Part shown: one piece after another, positions 24,080 through 36,276 of the stretch
How positions within the stretch are numbered: the first letter of the stretch is position 1
Layout: every line of letters starts with the position of its first letter
Source: Trichoplax adhaerens
Taxonomy: Eukaryota; Animalia; Placozoa
Direction: 5' to 3'
Length of the DNA stretch: 64,000 nucleotides
Assembly: GCF_000150275.1 (NCBI RefSeq)
Contig: NW_002060950.1
Span: 918,106-982,105 of the forward strand
Notes under the pieces: generated by a model
Databases searched by the model: none
What the model was told of the DNA's origin: nothing
The model's input: the letters and a program-made list of their open reading frames with translations, nothing else
Program-made: the position numbers and the translations under genes

Positions 24080-26880
24080 AAAATGAAAAGCATTTTTACG
24101 TTATGACATATTCACTATGGTTATATTATTGTCTTTGAAATAATAGTTATTTACAGATTGAAAAAATTGATTAAAAATTATTAGTCCTATTGTAACGAAA
24201 AAGTATTCGTATACAAAATTGTAACCGATATTTTATATTATCCAATAATTACTTGGAATCAATTTAGCTGCACTTATTCATACATGAAGTAAAATCATTT
24301 AAATAATTTGCACATTTTACAGTCTGTGCTAGTAATTAAGTAATATACTCTTAATTTATATATCAATTATAATGTGCAGTTGCACAACACCATACGAAAT
24401 TAGAGGCGAAAGTAAACTACACTTTATTTGTTTAATTGATCAGCAATTTATTCCAATTAACTTATTTCTTACTTTGCCTTTTCTTTTGTACGTATGTTCG
24501 AGCCTGGTTATATCGGTTTTAACAGATCCCCAAAATTAATAAATCCTTTTACTTTTTCAAATAATGTGAATTATTGTCATTATATAATAAGAGATTCTGC
24601 AGTTAACATTGAGAACATAAACTGTGTACGTCGATTCATTGTCATAGTAGTGAAGCTAGTAGCTTTTATCAGTGCATATTCTCAATCAGTCACTTTCACT
24701 GAAACAGTGATAACTAATTTAACGAGAAAATCCTCTTCATTTCCACATGCTTCTGTTCTTGACGCTTGTACGCTTATATAATTATATATAATTCAGCGAC
24801 GATAAAGATATAGATTATGTTAAATTACTCTCTTACAACAATGAAATAGGAAATACCAATACAGGTTCAGAGAATTAATACAGAATACCTTCTACTAGAT
24901 GTTGCTTATACTACTATAATCTTATGCAATCAATCTACAGTACAATAGATATGTAAAGGCTATCTAATCGCTACATGACAACAGGAAATACCAAGATTTA
25001 ATGTCGACCCAAGGTACAATTAAGGCAGTCCATTGCCTTGTCTTCACGATCAATATTATATTTGCTTTATCATCTTATAGGTACTATTTTGTAATCATTT
25101 CATGAGTAGGCATGGTTTTTGTGAATTCCTCTAATATTTATTCATATTCGCAGTCAGTAACCTGTAGTGCATTTATCCATTATCTGGACTTAAACTGCTG
25201 CTTTACCTAATCACCTTCGAAACCGATTTCATTTATGCACATAAGCTACTATATATTCAGTAACTAAGTAATTCACTTACCCATTGTCTGAAAGATTAGT
25301 ATCAAGATATTCTTTGACAGAAACCATTGCTTTATTTACAGTAGTCGAATTACAGTAGAGATCAGTTTTATTTACATATATAGGCTACTATACGTATATA
25401 CTTGCATCAATAGCTCAATAATCTCTTGCCTAGGAGATTAAGATATTTTCGACGGAAACTAGTGTATTGCTTTGTCTGATCAAGCTGAAGATCGATTTCA
25501 TTGATATTTATAAGCATATTCATTAAACAGTAATACACTAATCTCTTGCCTGGACGATTCATACGAGGAGATTTTCTTAAACGATTTAATGGAAAATTAT
25601 TGCCTTGTCTAATTGATTTACTATGGATTCTCGAAAGTAACTGGAATGATGTATTCAGCTATGCTATTTAGTTTTTTTATGCTAGTGCTTGATATCAGGA
25701 AGCTTTCTAAGTGAAAATTATTACCTTTTCTTGGTCAATTTAAGGACTAATTTCACTCGTATTAGTGAATACCTGCAGAAGTTATAGATTAATCATCGAA
25801 ATTAGAGGAAAAATATATTCTGCTGTCTTGTTTGATTTTCTGATTCTGGAAGCTTTCAAACTGGAAATTGTTGCTTTGTCTGGTTAATTCAAGGTCTAAT
25901 TCTATTCGTGGTAGGAGAACACTTGTAAAAGTTGTAGATTATCGAAAATAACTATTTGGTTTTCATGTGTCAGTGATGGATATCAGAAAGCTTTCTAACC
26001 CAATATTATCGCCTCATGTGGTCGATTTAAGAGCTTATTTCACTCATGATGGAAGAATACAGTAGTTATAGATTGTGAAAAGTAACTTGAACGCTATATT
26101 CTGTACTATTTCATTTTTCTTGTGCTACTAACTGCGAAAACCATTATCTTATCTCGTCAATTTAAGCGTTAATTTCATTTATAATAGGAAAATGTAGTAC
26201 CGTAGTTATAGATTGCCAAAAGTAACTTGAAAGATGTTTCTGCGGAATTGCAGTATCGTTTATTGATCATTTATTTAAGGAGTTATTTCCTCGATCGGAA
26301 ATCTGAATTTGTTACAGTACTGTATCCGATCGACTTCTTTATAAATAAAATGAAAGATCAGACTACCGTAGTTGTGCTTTACTATAAAAATATAATTTCA
26401 AATATTTCGCTCTTGTATGAAAGGCATATCTAGCCCAATTGTGATATTATAATTTATAACATGCATATCATAATCTGTAGGTTTAAACATGGAATATTAG
26501 AAGAAAATCCATGGCAATCTTCTAGTAGTCCATGGTTTAAACCACGAGTACGAAGCACGAATTTGATTTGCACCCTTTCCTCCAGCATGGGTTAGGTTCA
26601 GCTTTTAACTTTACGCGTGATTGGTTGCTACTTCAGAGCCTTCAGCTTGATAATAAATTTAGTATAGTTAGGCTTCAGAAAGTTAACCTTAAGCTACCTT
26701 ATAAGACAGAAATGGTATGAGTTGAATAAAATGTAGTCTGCAGAGCTTACATTATTCTTGAAATAACATTTCGTATGGTAGCATTGTATCTTCAGCGGAG
26801 TAGAATCTAAATGGTATCTTATTATGACGTAAGTAACTCGCCCCTGTAAAGCTAGATGTACTAAGCTGTGGGTTACCAGT
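24080..26880 (+). pseudogene. Decayed LRR gene relic with internal degenerate repeats (25310-26260) and a possible LRR C-terminal cap
   Basis: FILSNNYLESI (24232), LINPFTFSNN, KLEIVALSG* (25858) and YLQKL*IN. Cap-like DVSNSPL*...CTKLWV at 26826 resembles LxxNPxxCxCxxxW. Confidence 0.6.
26488..26534. mobile_element. Miniature inverted-repeat element (47 bp, CATGG...CCATG) with 7-bp TSD GTTTAAA
   Basis: Imperfect TIR CATGGAATATTAGAAGA / TCTTCTAGTAGTCCATG. GTTTAAA flanks both sides (26481-26487 and 26535-26541). Confidence 0.7.
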
Positions 26881-28042
26881 TTTTGTTAAATATGTGATAA
26901 CAAATTCATTATAAGTAATAGCCCAAGTTCACCACTTTTGTTTATCATAGGATGAAGTATTAGGATTGATATGTACTAACTAGTAACTGATCAACTACTC
27001 TAACACGCATTGCGTGATGTATGAGGATAACAAACTTTTGTATAAAGGTAGGCCTAAAGATTCAAAGCTCAGTCACATCTAGTATATTTACTACTCTGAT
27101 GTACAGTATATACATTTCTCTTGTTTCTTAACTTTGTAACTACTAATACCGATCTGGATTGTAAATGAAATTCATTAAACAATCTCAAAAACGGTTAATT
27201 AGCAATATTCGAAAAATGAACTCGTTTTGAGCTATAGGTTATCCTATCGTTTAGTGTATTAGTTGTAAAATATTAATTAATGGATATTAAGAAAGTTCTA
27301 TACTTCAATTTTACTCATCCAAGCGATAAATAAAATGACAGAGTTGCTAATAATTATTGTAAACAATAACCCAATCAGGAGCTGGTGGTTTATGGGTCAT
27401 TATTGAATCAATGGAAACGTATACTAGCTTCAGGGTGAAAAATCATTTAGTTAACTGTAAGCACGATTACAGCACAATCATATAGCCATGATTAAACAGG
27501 TTGAAACATTTCAAATTTATTCATATTTGGACTCGTATCGCAATTGTTATGAATTCAAAAATCCTATTGGATATTACTGTATATACTTTGAAATGAGCGC
27601 ATTGCTATATCGACATTATGATATTCTTCAACAGACAGTCATACAGTAGACAGGGTACATTTATCATTACAATAAATGTGATGGCAGATCCTTGTATTAA
27701 ATTAATTAATTCATTATAATTATTAATAATTGACTTAAATTTCCTTCCATATCTATTGTAGTCTTAACGACGATGCACACTTTCCAAAAGTGGACATGTC
27801 GTACTATAATCATCGCATAGAAAGTTACGTTGAAGTATTGCCTTAGAGCTTGTTATTTAATCCTTTATATAAGGACAGAGAATACATAGTAACATACAAT
27901 ATATATTGAGAAGAATGATTACAGTCTTTATACAAAAGTATGGAAAAAAGAGATTATTGCAAGATAGGACAGTAATGTATGTTTAAGTTTGACTTACAAA
28001 TTTCACAGATTTAGTATGTATTGCATAGTTGTTATCTTAATA

Positions 28043-29197
28043 TCAAATATAGACATCATGGACATTTTTGGCTAATACTTTTTTACGACAGATAGGACAT
28101 TCATTTTTACGTTTAAGAGCGATCTTTAGGCAAGAACTACAAAATATATGGCCACATACAGTCGATTGTAGCGTACGTGTTTTCTTGATCTAAGGAAAGG
28201 AAAGAGTTTAAATTTATGATGTAGCAGCGTAACCTATTGGTAGCATGCAGGATACGAGTGAATTATTTTACTGATTGGAAGCAGTAACAAGGTAGCGTTA
28301 TCAATATGAAATAGTAATAAATTATCACTCGACCAACAGAACAGCAATGTAATTACTTTCGTAGTAGCAAAATTTGTCTAGCTACCAACCTGGCTATAGC
28401 TTTCTTTACATATTGGACATTCGATAACTGGTGAGGGCGAGGTATTGTCATTGACACTATTTAATGGTTGTGATGAAGGTGAAGACCAATGTTGATTGAC
28501 TGAAGTTAGTTTACTATATAAAATAGGATAATAGTGGTATGTTTTATTGTGTATTTTTTTAGGTTAGGCGTTACATTAACTGCATCAGGTAGGTTTCGAT
28601 ATAGTAGAACTGATGCTAGTTGTTAGCAGTTACTATTGACTTTAATTGAATTCGTTCTGTATTATTAGAAGGCTACTACAACAATGTTGGTAACATCTAT
28701 GCTAGTAGCTGTGACTACGTTCCGCACTGTAGATAAGAGTGTGATTACCTGCTAGTACGATTCGTTCTTTCTGAGGTATTAATTACATTAGTATCTTCTT
28801 CTGTATCGCTAATAATAATAATGGAGTGATCTCGTTCTGTATGCTCTTGTCCAGGTTCACGATCTCTTATCCTTGCCCTTTTACGTGATGCTTTGATCGG
28901 AGTATCGCTTTTGGTTAGGTCAATAATTGGTTGATTACTGTTCCCAACTATTGCAATTTACAATATGTTGTCAAAATGAATCCATTCATTATTGATTTTG
29001 AAAGAAACTTTGATAGGCTAAACAGTGAAATAATCTATACTCTTATTCATAGTTACTAATTAGTTGGGTTTTACTTTATTTATTGGAATTAAAATGGCTA
29101 TACGTGTACCTTCGGCACAGTCCAAATTGATCGGGCTTACTTCATGAGTTACGATACGTCGACGTTTCGACATGCCAGAATAGCGAATGGCTTGCAT
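28043..29197 (-). CDS. RNF4: SUMO-targeted RING E3 ubiquitin ligase RNF4 (4 coding exons, ~185 aa)
   Basis: Exons 29197-29110, 28947-28749, 28513-28390 and 28189-28043 join in frame via GT-AG introns. Features: MSKRRR, SIMs PIIDLT and IIIISDTEED, and C-terminal RING IECPICKESYSQ...STVCGHIFCSSCL...ECPICRKK...HDVYI*, matching RNF4 architecture. Confidence 0.9.
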
Positions 29198-30924
29198 CTA
29201 ATTAATGGTAAAATTATAGAGGCACTAGCCACTTTTTACATTAGATCTATAAATTAATACGGTCTGGTAGGATAGCCAGTGTTTCCGCCAAGTTTGCTAC
29301 GCATTTGATAGAAATAGATGGATATTGGAGAGGGTATGAAATGCTGTGAGAGAAGAAAAATTGATGTAGAGTAAATCAGCAAATTTACTTTATTGGTATA
29401 GTAGCTATGTAAAAGTAATCAATCACTTGTGCAGTATAAGTTTTCAATCTGTTGATAATGTATGCATACCGTAACTATTATTTTATTTATTTGTCATGCA
29501 ATTTGCTACCAAGGGGCAATTATTATGATCCTATCATAAATAATTTCTCATGATGACTTATCGATTTTGATTTATCATCATTGTAGTTAGTGAAAGTAGT
29601 AAAGTCTGTCAACTTTAATGTGGCTACTAAATTGACGAGGATAACGAATGTAATACGTTGAGAATTTCAAGTATTTGGAAAAGGAAGGAAGGAAAGAAAT
29701 TTGGAATTTAGTTCATGGTTATCTACTACGCGTATTCAAAAAAATATAGTATTTTCTTTTCAAGTCAATGTATGGCATTGGTAATTAAACAGACGTAGAA
29801 TCAAAGGCTGTCATTGAAACCGAAAGCCATAAAGACAAGCAATCAGGAAACTAGATTGTTATTAACTTGCGTAGATATACGAACTGTAGGTCTTGTGAAT
29901 GAAAGTAGAAAACAGTTGGCTTTGATTGTCGTTAGTACAAGAGTAAATACGTCGATAAAGTCTTTCATTTGCAATGGATGGAAGGGAAGTGATTCCATGG
30001 GCTGTTGCCATTCTGTAGGATAGTGGATACTCTACTTTGTCATCAAGAAACCAACTTGTATAGTAAATCACTGACACGCAATTGTGTGTGGGTACAGTAC
30101 TCTTCTCCTTCAGTTCACCTGACAGGATGATCGATTTTGGGGCATGGATAACTAACCAACCCATTGGATTCATTGCTCAGTTGACTTTACTTTCTTACTG
30201 ATGATGGTAACAACTCGATGATGATAGACTACTTGATAAAGGAATATTTCATTGTTGATTGTTTGGCTGGCAAGGATAAAGTAGACTTATACAGCCATAG
30301 CGTATCAGGTAGTGTCCATTAGAGTTCTGTCATCATTTCAATGATACTCTATTGCGGTAGTACAATCTATCAATAGGATCCATGCCGGGATGGCGTATTT
30401 TTCAACCAAGCGAACGTTTACTACCCATTTGCCGGCGCCCATCCAATTCGGTATGTCGATGATTGTACTGTATGACATTGCCAATCGGCATCATCATGGA
30501 TACAATATCAAGATGGCAGAGGTAAAACTTACCGTGATGGTGTAATTTGGGCGGTAGCGATAAAATGCCAATTTGGTGGCTGAATATTCTTGGGATTCTT
30601 GCTGCAGTCAGTCGTGTTATGCAATCAAGGGAAAGTTGTTTCTTTTTGCACTAAATCAGTCCGAGTCGCAACTTGTCTTGGAGATTTGAATTTGAAAGGA
30701 GAAACTATGGTAACCACGGAATGACTGACTGACTGACTTTACTATGGCAATGATAAGCGATTACCGTAAAAGCCTACTCCAGCGCGGTGAGCTGTCCAGT
30801 ACCGTACTGTACTGTACTGTACAGTATGCGCCGAGTACTACAGTCCCGTACACTACGGTACTGTACCGTATATTTACAGTGAACACTGAATCGGGGTACT
30901 GTACACTGTACACTGTACAGTACA

Positions 30925-31803
30925 CTACTAGTACTGTACTGGAGTGAACAACTGTACCACAAACGACCTTAACCGTCAACGACTGACTGGTTGACCGGCA
31001 CTTTCTACTCAGTACAAAGTACTCATACTGACAGTACAGTACTGTAGTTGACTGTACAGTATTATCGAATCAGAACAGGATCTGGAGTGAAGAACTGTAC
31101 CACAAACGACGTCAACCGTCAACCAGTCAGTCAGTCATTGACTGGTTGACGGTTGACCTGCACTTTCCACCCTGTACAGTGTACAGTACAAAGTACTCAT
31201 ACTGACAGTAGTTGACGGTACTATCGAATCAGAAGAACACGCACCACAAACAATGTCAACCGTCATGACTGACTGGATGACCTGCACTTTCTACCCTGTG
31301 CAGTGTACAGTACAAGTACTCATACTGACAGTAGTTGACGGTACTATCGAATCAGAACAGGATCTGGATTGAAGAACTGTACCACAAACGACGTCAACCG
31401 TCAACCAGTCAGTCAATCATTGACTGGTTGACGGTTGACCTGCACTTTCCACCCTGTACACTGTACAGTACAAAGTACTCATACTGACAGTAGTTGACGG
31501 TACTATCGAATCAGAAGAACACGCACCACAAACAATGTCAACCGTCATGACTGACTGGATGACCTGCACTTTCTACCCTGTGCAGTGTACAGTACAAGTA
31601 CTCATACTGATAGTAGTTGACGGTACTATCGAATCAGAACAGGATCTGGATTGAAGAACTGTACCACAAACGACGTCAACCGTCAACCAGTCAGTCAATC
31701 ATTGACTGGTTGACGGTTGACCTGCACTTTCCACCCTGTACAGTACAAAGTACTCATACTGACAGTAGTTGACGGTACTGTACTATCGAATCCAGAACAG
31801 GAT
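30925..31803. repeat. Higher-order tandem array (282-bp period = ~159 + ~123 bp subunits) containing perfect 19-bp inverted repeats
   Basis: Subunits start GAATCAGAA at 31067, 31226, 31349, 31508 and 31631. Hairpin GTCAACCGTCAACCAGTCA-n9-TGACTGGTTGACGGTTGAC at 31111, 31393 and 31675. Confidence 0.95.
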
Positions 31804-32596
31804 CACTGCAAGGTTAAACCCGTCACTAGCAAATCATTGTTGCGTCAAGAAAGCTCTTTGACATGATAAATCATTCTTGAATTTCGTTTTGAGTTAAGGT
31901 TCCATCGCGGCAACTATCCGTCATACAGTCTCCTTTTCGCGACAATGCTGTATAGTTGTACAGGGTGTCTCATCAAAAATGACCGACGATTGAAATTATG
32001 TGAAAACACAATTTCAACACCAAATTAGACAAATTGAGTATCAGTCTATTGTAAAGAAGACGCTTTACAGTACGGTCGAATGATTTTTATCCAGGACTGG
32101 ACACGACACACTACACACTAGTATAGCGAATTCACTTCGATGGCAAGATGGCGTCGAAAATTGCTAATTGCTAACACTCATGTTGAAAATCGATATGTAC
32201 AGGCAGGAGGATGTCTTTGGGCCTGATTTAGCCTACACAGCTTATTTTCCTTAGCACTGCCACCCAAGTTAATCCTGCGCTATAGTACAGTACACGAATA
32301 CAGCATATAGTACTGTACTGTAGACGGCAAAATGTCATCAGCCCCAGATGATCAAGCCTTGTTACACTTACCTTGTGTCTCTTTGCAATTCTTAGGCACA
32401 TATTTTTCGCTCATGACTTCTTATGTAGTCACTATGATCGACTGTTGAATACTGTACTAGTATACAGTACAGTCTCTTTTGTTAGATAGTCCTTGCTCGA
32501 GGCATAAATAAAACTAACAAAAGACCTCCAATAGGCAGGGAGCAGTCCCTGAAGATGGCTCAACATCAAGAAAAAGCGTTCTGCTGTATTCCACGA

Positions 32597-33800
32597 ATAT
32601 AGACAAATGCAGCCAGCACTAGAGTAACTACTGTATACTATAGAGGTAACGGAAAAGTAGTCGTGGCCTCCTTAAGAATAATTATAATACTATAGACAAA
32701 TGCAGCAGTAGAATCACTACTGTATACAGTACTGTAGAGGTAAAGGAAAAGTAGACATGGCCTCCTCAAGAATAACATAGACAAATGCAGCAGTGGAGGA
32801 ACTACTGTATACTGTAGAAGTAATGGAAAAGTAGTCTTGGCCTCCTCCATAATCATAATAATATAGATAAATGCTGCAGTAAAGTCATTACTGTATACTG
32901 TAGAGGTAATGGAAAGGTAGACATGGCCTCCTCGATAATAATAATAATAATATAGACAAATGCAGCAGTAGAGGTAATGGAAAAGTAGTCGTGGCCTCCT
33001 CGATAATAATAATAATATAGACAAATGCAGCAGTAGAGGAACAAATGTATACTGTAGAGGTAATGGAAAAGTAGTCATGGCCTCCTCCATAATAATATAG
33101 ACAAATGCAACAGTAGAGGAACAAATGTATACTGTAGAGGTAATGGAAAAGTAGTCATGGCCTCCTCCATAATAATATAGACAAATGCAACAGTAGAGGA
33201 ACTAATGTATACTGTAGAGGTAATGGAAAAGTAGTCATGGTCTCCTCCATAATAATATAGACAAATGCAGCAGTAGAGGAACTAGTGTATACTGTAGAGG
33301 TAATGGAAAAGTAGTCGTGGCCTCCTCCATAATAATATAGACAAATGCAGCAGTAGAGGAACTAATGTATACTGTAGAGGTAATGGAAAAGTAGTCATGG
33401 CCTCCTGGATAATAATATAGACAAATGCAACAGTAAAGGAACTAGTGTATACTGTAGAGGTAATGGAAAAGTAGTCATGGCCTCCTGGATAATAAGAATA
33501 ATAATATAGACAAATGCAACAGTAAAGGAACTAGTGTATACTGTAGCGGTAATGGAAAAGTAGTCATGGCCTCCTGGAAAATAAAAATCATAATATAGAC
33601 AAATGCAGCAGTAGAGGAACTACTGAACAGAAATGCTGGAAGAGAAAGCGTTCTATTGTACTGTATTCGACAAATGCAGCTCTACAGTCACTAATGTAGT
33701 GCATACTGTACTCAGTAGAGGTAATGGAAAAGTGAGTCATGGTCTCCTCGATGCTTTGTACTGTATAGTACAGTACAAAGCATCGTAGAGTAATCGAAAG
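32597..33800. repeat. Minisatellite with 80-bp core unit, about 13-14 copies with indel variants
   Basis: AATAATATAGACAAATGCARCAGTAGAGGAACTAATGTATACTGTAGAGGTAATGGAAAAGTAGTCATGGCCTCCTCCAT repeats with exact 80-bp spacing in the centre (33091, 33171, 33251, 33331). Confidence 0.95.
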
Positions 33801-34046
33801 GGAGAATATCAAATTCTATCATCCTATCGTGCCCCCCCTCCCCTTACTCAACAGTACTGTATGGACAAGACTATTACACCGAACGTCGATTGTGCTATAC
33901 TGTACAGTACAACAGTTTGACCAATGCGTGTTGCTAGCTAACTGGAGATCGCGTTGCAGTCAATTAAGTTTTCAAATTAATAATCACCCGCTTGGCGGTG
34001 ACAATCATTAATTTATTGATACCAATCGATCGTCTAACCAGTCTAA

Positions 34047-36276
34047 ATGTATCCCATTTTAGAAGCCAATCGTTTAGCTGAAATGAACACTTGGTATGCT
34101 GTTCATTGCAATGGTCAATTACCAACGGCTCGTTTAGGCCATTCTTGTACTTCACTCCACTGCCATCCATCGCAGAGCCCAACAGTTGCCAAGGTAATAC
34201 TATTGGCTGGAGCGACAACGGAGAAACCTCTAGATGATGCTTTCATCTTTGATACAGGTAATTGGTCTATCCAACGTTTACACTTACAATTCAAACTCAA
34301 TATACTGCAGTCTTGAATCGCTCTCGATAGTGGATAGACAATCAGTAGCTTCAACATGGGATTGCGTTGAGTCGAGATTCAAACTCGTTGTCAGAAACAA
34401 GGATGGTATTTCATATCACTTTTTGCTATGGCTCTTTCTCGATTAGAGATAGTTCCTACTTTGATGATTCATTTAGATTGGAAGAACTCGTCTGCGATGC
34501 AATGCTTTAATCCATCAGGACGATTGAAAACATGCTTAAAAATGACTACGATAAGGCAATCAATGGTAGTGTAACATGGAAATGTCAAGATTGTAAGCGT
34601 TATTGATTGACGAGATGGGATTGATTGCGCATCATGTTATCCATCTTGATAGTCAGACGACTATTTTTGTGCTACTGCCGTCATATCATTCGTCAGCGCA
34701 TAATTAGGCTCTCTTGCTGCTCGTTCTATCATCAACTAGACATTTGCCATAGATATGTAGAGATAGTCCACAGCATGTTGCCGCAACGTCAACGAATCGA
34801 TAGCGCTATAACCTTCGTTTTGGTCCAATATCAAGTCAATACTAACTTGACATAATACTTCTATTTCGCTTTTCAGATTGCTTTACTTTTAAGCAGTTGT
34901 GTAACCAAAGCAATTTTACTCCGCGTTATGAGCATTTTTGTTGCTCTCATGGCAATGAATTACTCGTCTTTGGTGGTGCTAGTGCTAGCGATAACTATAA
35001 CGATACGTGGCTTTACAACCCAGGTTTGCAAAGAATAACATTCAAATGAATAAAAGTTATCTTAATATTAGCGTACAGATAGGATGCTACTCATATCATA
35101 ACAAATACTAAAAAATCCTACCCAATACATTGTTACTTAGAACTTGGTACTTGGAAGCGTATTGCGGCTAGCGGTCAATTGCCCGCACCTCGAACGGCTC
35201 GATATTGCGGTGGAATTGCCAACAATATTGTATATATATTTGGCGGTGGCATGAATGGCGCTGTTCCTGTAGCTGATCAAAAGCTGCATTTTTTACACTT
35301 AGGTTAGAATTGAGTTCAAATTTTTGCTTGTATATAGACACTCCATCTGCTGAATTCAGTTTTAATTCATTATCTCTATCATAAAAATTATTTATTATCG
35401 AATTGTGCCACAAGATGAAGCAAATAGTTCATGGAATGTACGTCAAGTAAATGGTAATGCCCCATTGTCGCGCCAAGGTCATACAGTCGCGGTAGTGGGT
35501 AATCAAATATTAATTTATGGAGGGATGACTAATGATGGCTTTCTAGATGATATGCACATGTTTGACATCGGTATGAAGAGAGTAATGACAGTACTAAACA
35601 TAAAATGCATTGAAAGCATTCATTGTGAGACAATTCTTGCGTCCTCTGTAGAAACCAACACCTGGAGTCAAATACAACCTTCAGGTGATATTCCTCCAGA
35701 GCGGGCTGCACACGCAGTAGCTGTATATGAAAATGATATGTATATATTTGGTGGAATGAATTCATCTGGAGCGCTGAATGATTTTTACGTATTTCAAACT
35801 AGTAAGTTGAAATTATTCTATTTTTAGAATAGTAGTAGTATTGACATAATGCAATTTACTCTAGTCATTAGAAAGATGTCTTATTTTCAAACTTGACTAG
35901 TACATATGCGCATTAAATATCGAGTGGTTCATAATCTTTGCTAAAACTGTTTTAGATCGACGAAAGTGGCGTAAAATTTCAGTGGAAGGCCAACAACCGT
36001 CTCCCAGACTAGACCATTCCATGTGCATTGCACGTTTGAAAAAACCAGACTCTACTACTGGTAAGCGGTTATAACCTTTGGTTTTTACTACCAACTTTGA
36101 TGATAAATCTTTACTCTCAAAAAATGTAACATAAGCACTTCTTTTATGCTTTGTTTATTTCATTTGTAGAAGTTGATAGCGTAGCAGGAGACGAACAAAT
36201 CTTATTGTTTATGTTTGGTGGTGTAAATACTATTGGAGAAATGCACGATGACTTTAAGGCCTATAGAATTCATTAA
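34047..36276 (+). CDS. RABEPK: Rab9 effector protein with kelch motifs (p40), 7 exons, ~345 aa
   Basis: Exons 34047-34257, 34877-35023, 35141-35302, 35415-35570, 35652-35801, 35956-36060 and 36170-36276 join in frame. Motifs PTARLGHSC, PRYEH, GAVPVADQKLH, SRQGH, IFGGM and PRLDHSMC match RABEPK. Confidence 0.9.

Noticed and set aside
29862-30600. Possible BRCT-domain gene (AGKWVV fragment and the 103-aa ORF)
   Set aside because: Stops interrupt the frame, there is no start or consistent exon chain, and the region is better explained as the RNF4 5' UTR and introns.
30925-31803. CRISPR-like array (palindromic repeats at regular spacing)
   Set aside because: The intervening sequences are themselves repeated rather than unique spacers, no cas genes are present, and the context is eukaryotic.
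31959-32000. Tc1/mariner-like terminus TACAGGGTGTCTCATCAAAAATGACC
   Set aside because: I found no matching opposite TIR or transposase. The CACCCTGTA matches in the adjacent array are only 9 bp and face the wrong way.
30744-33812. Short ORFs such as 32638-33090 and 30761-30979
   Set aside because: By-products of tandem and low-complexity repeats.
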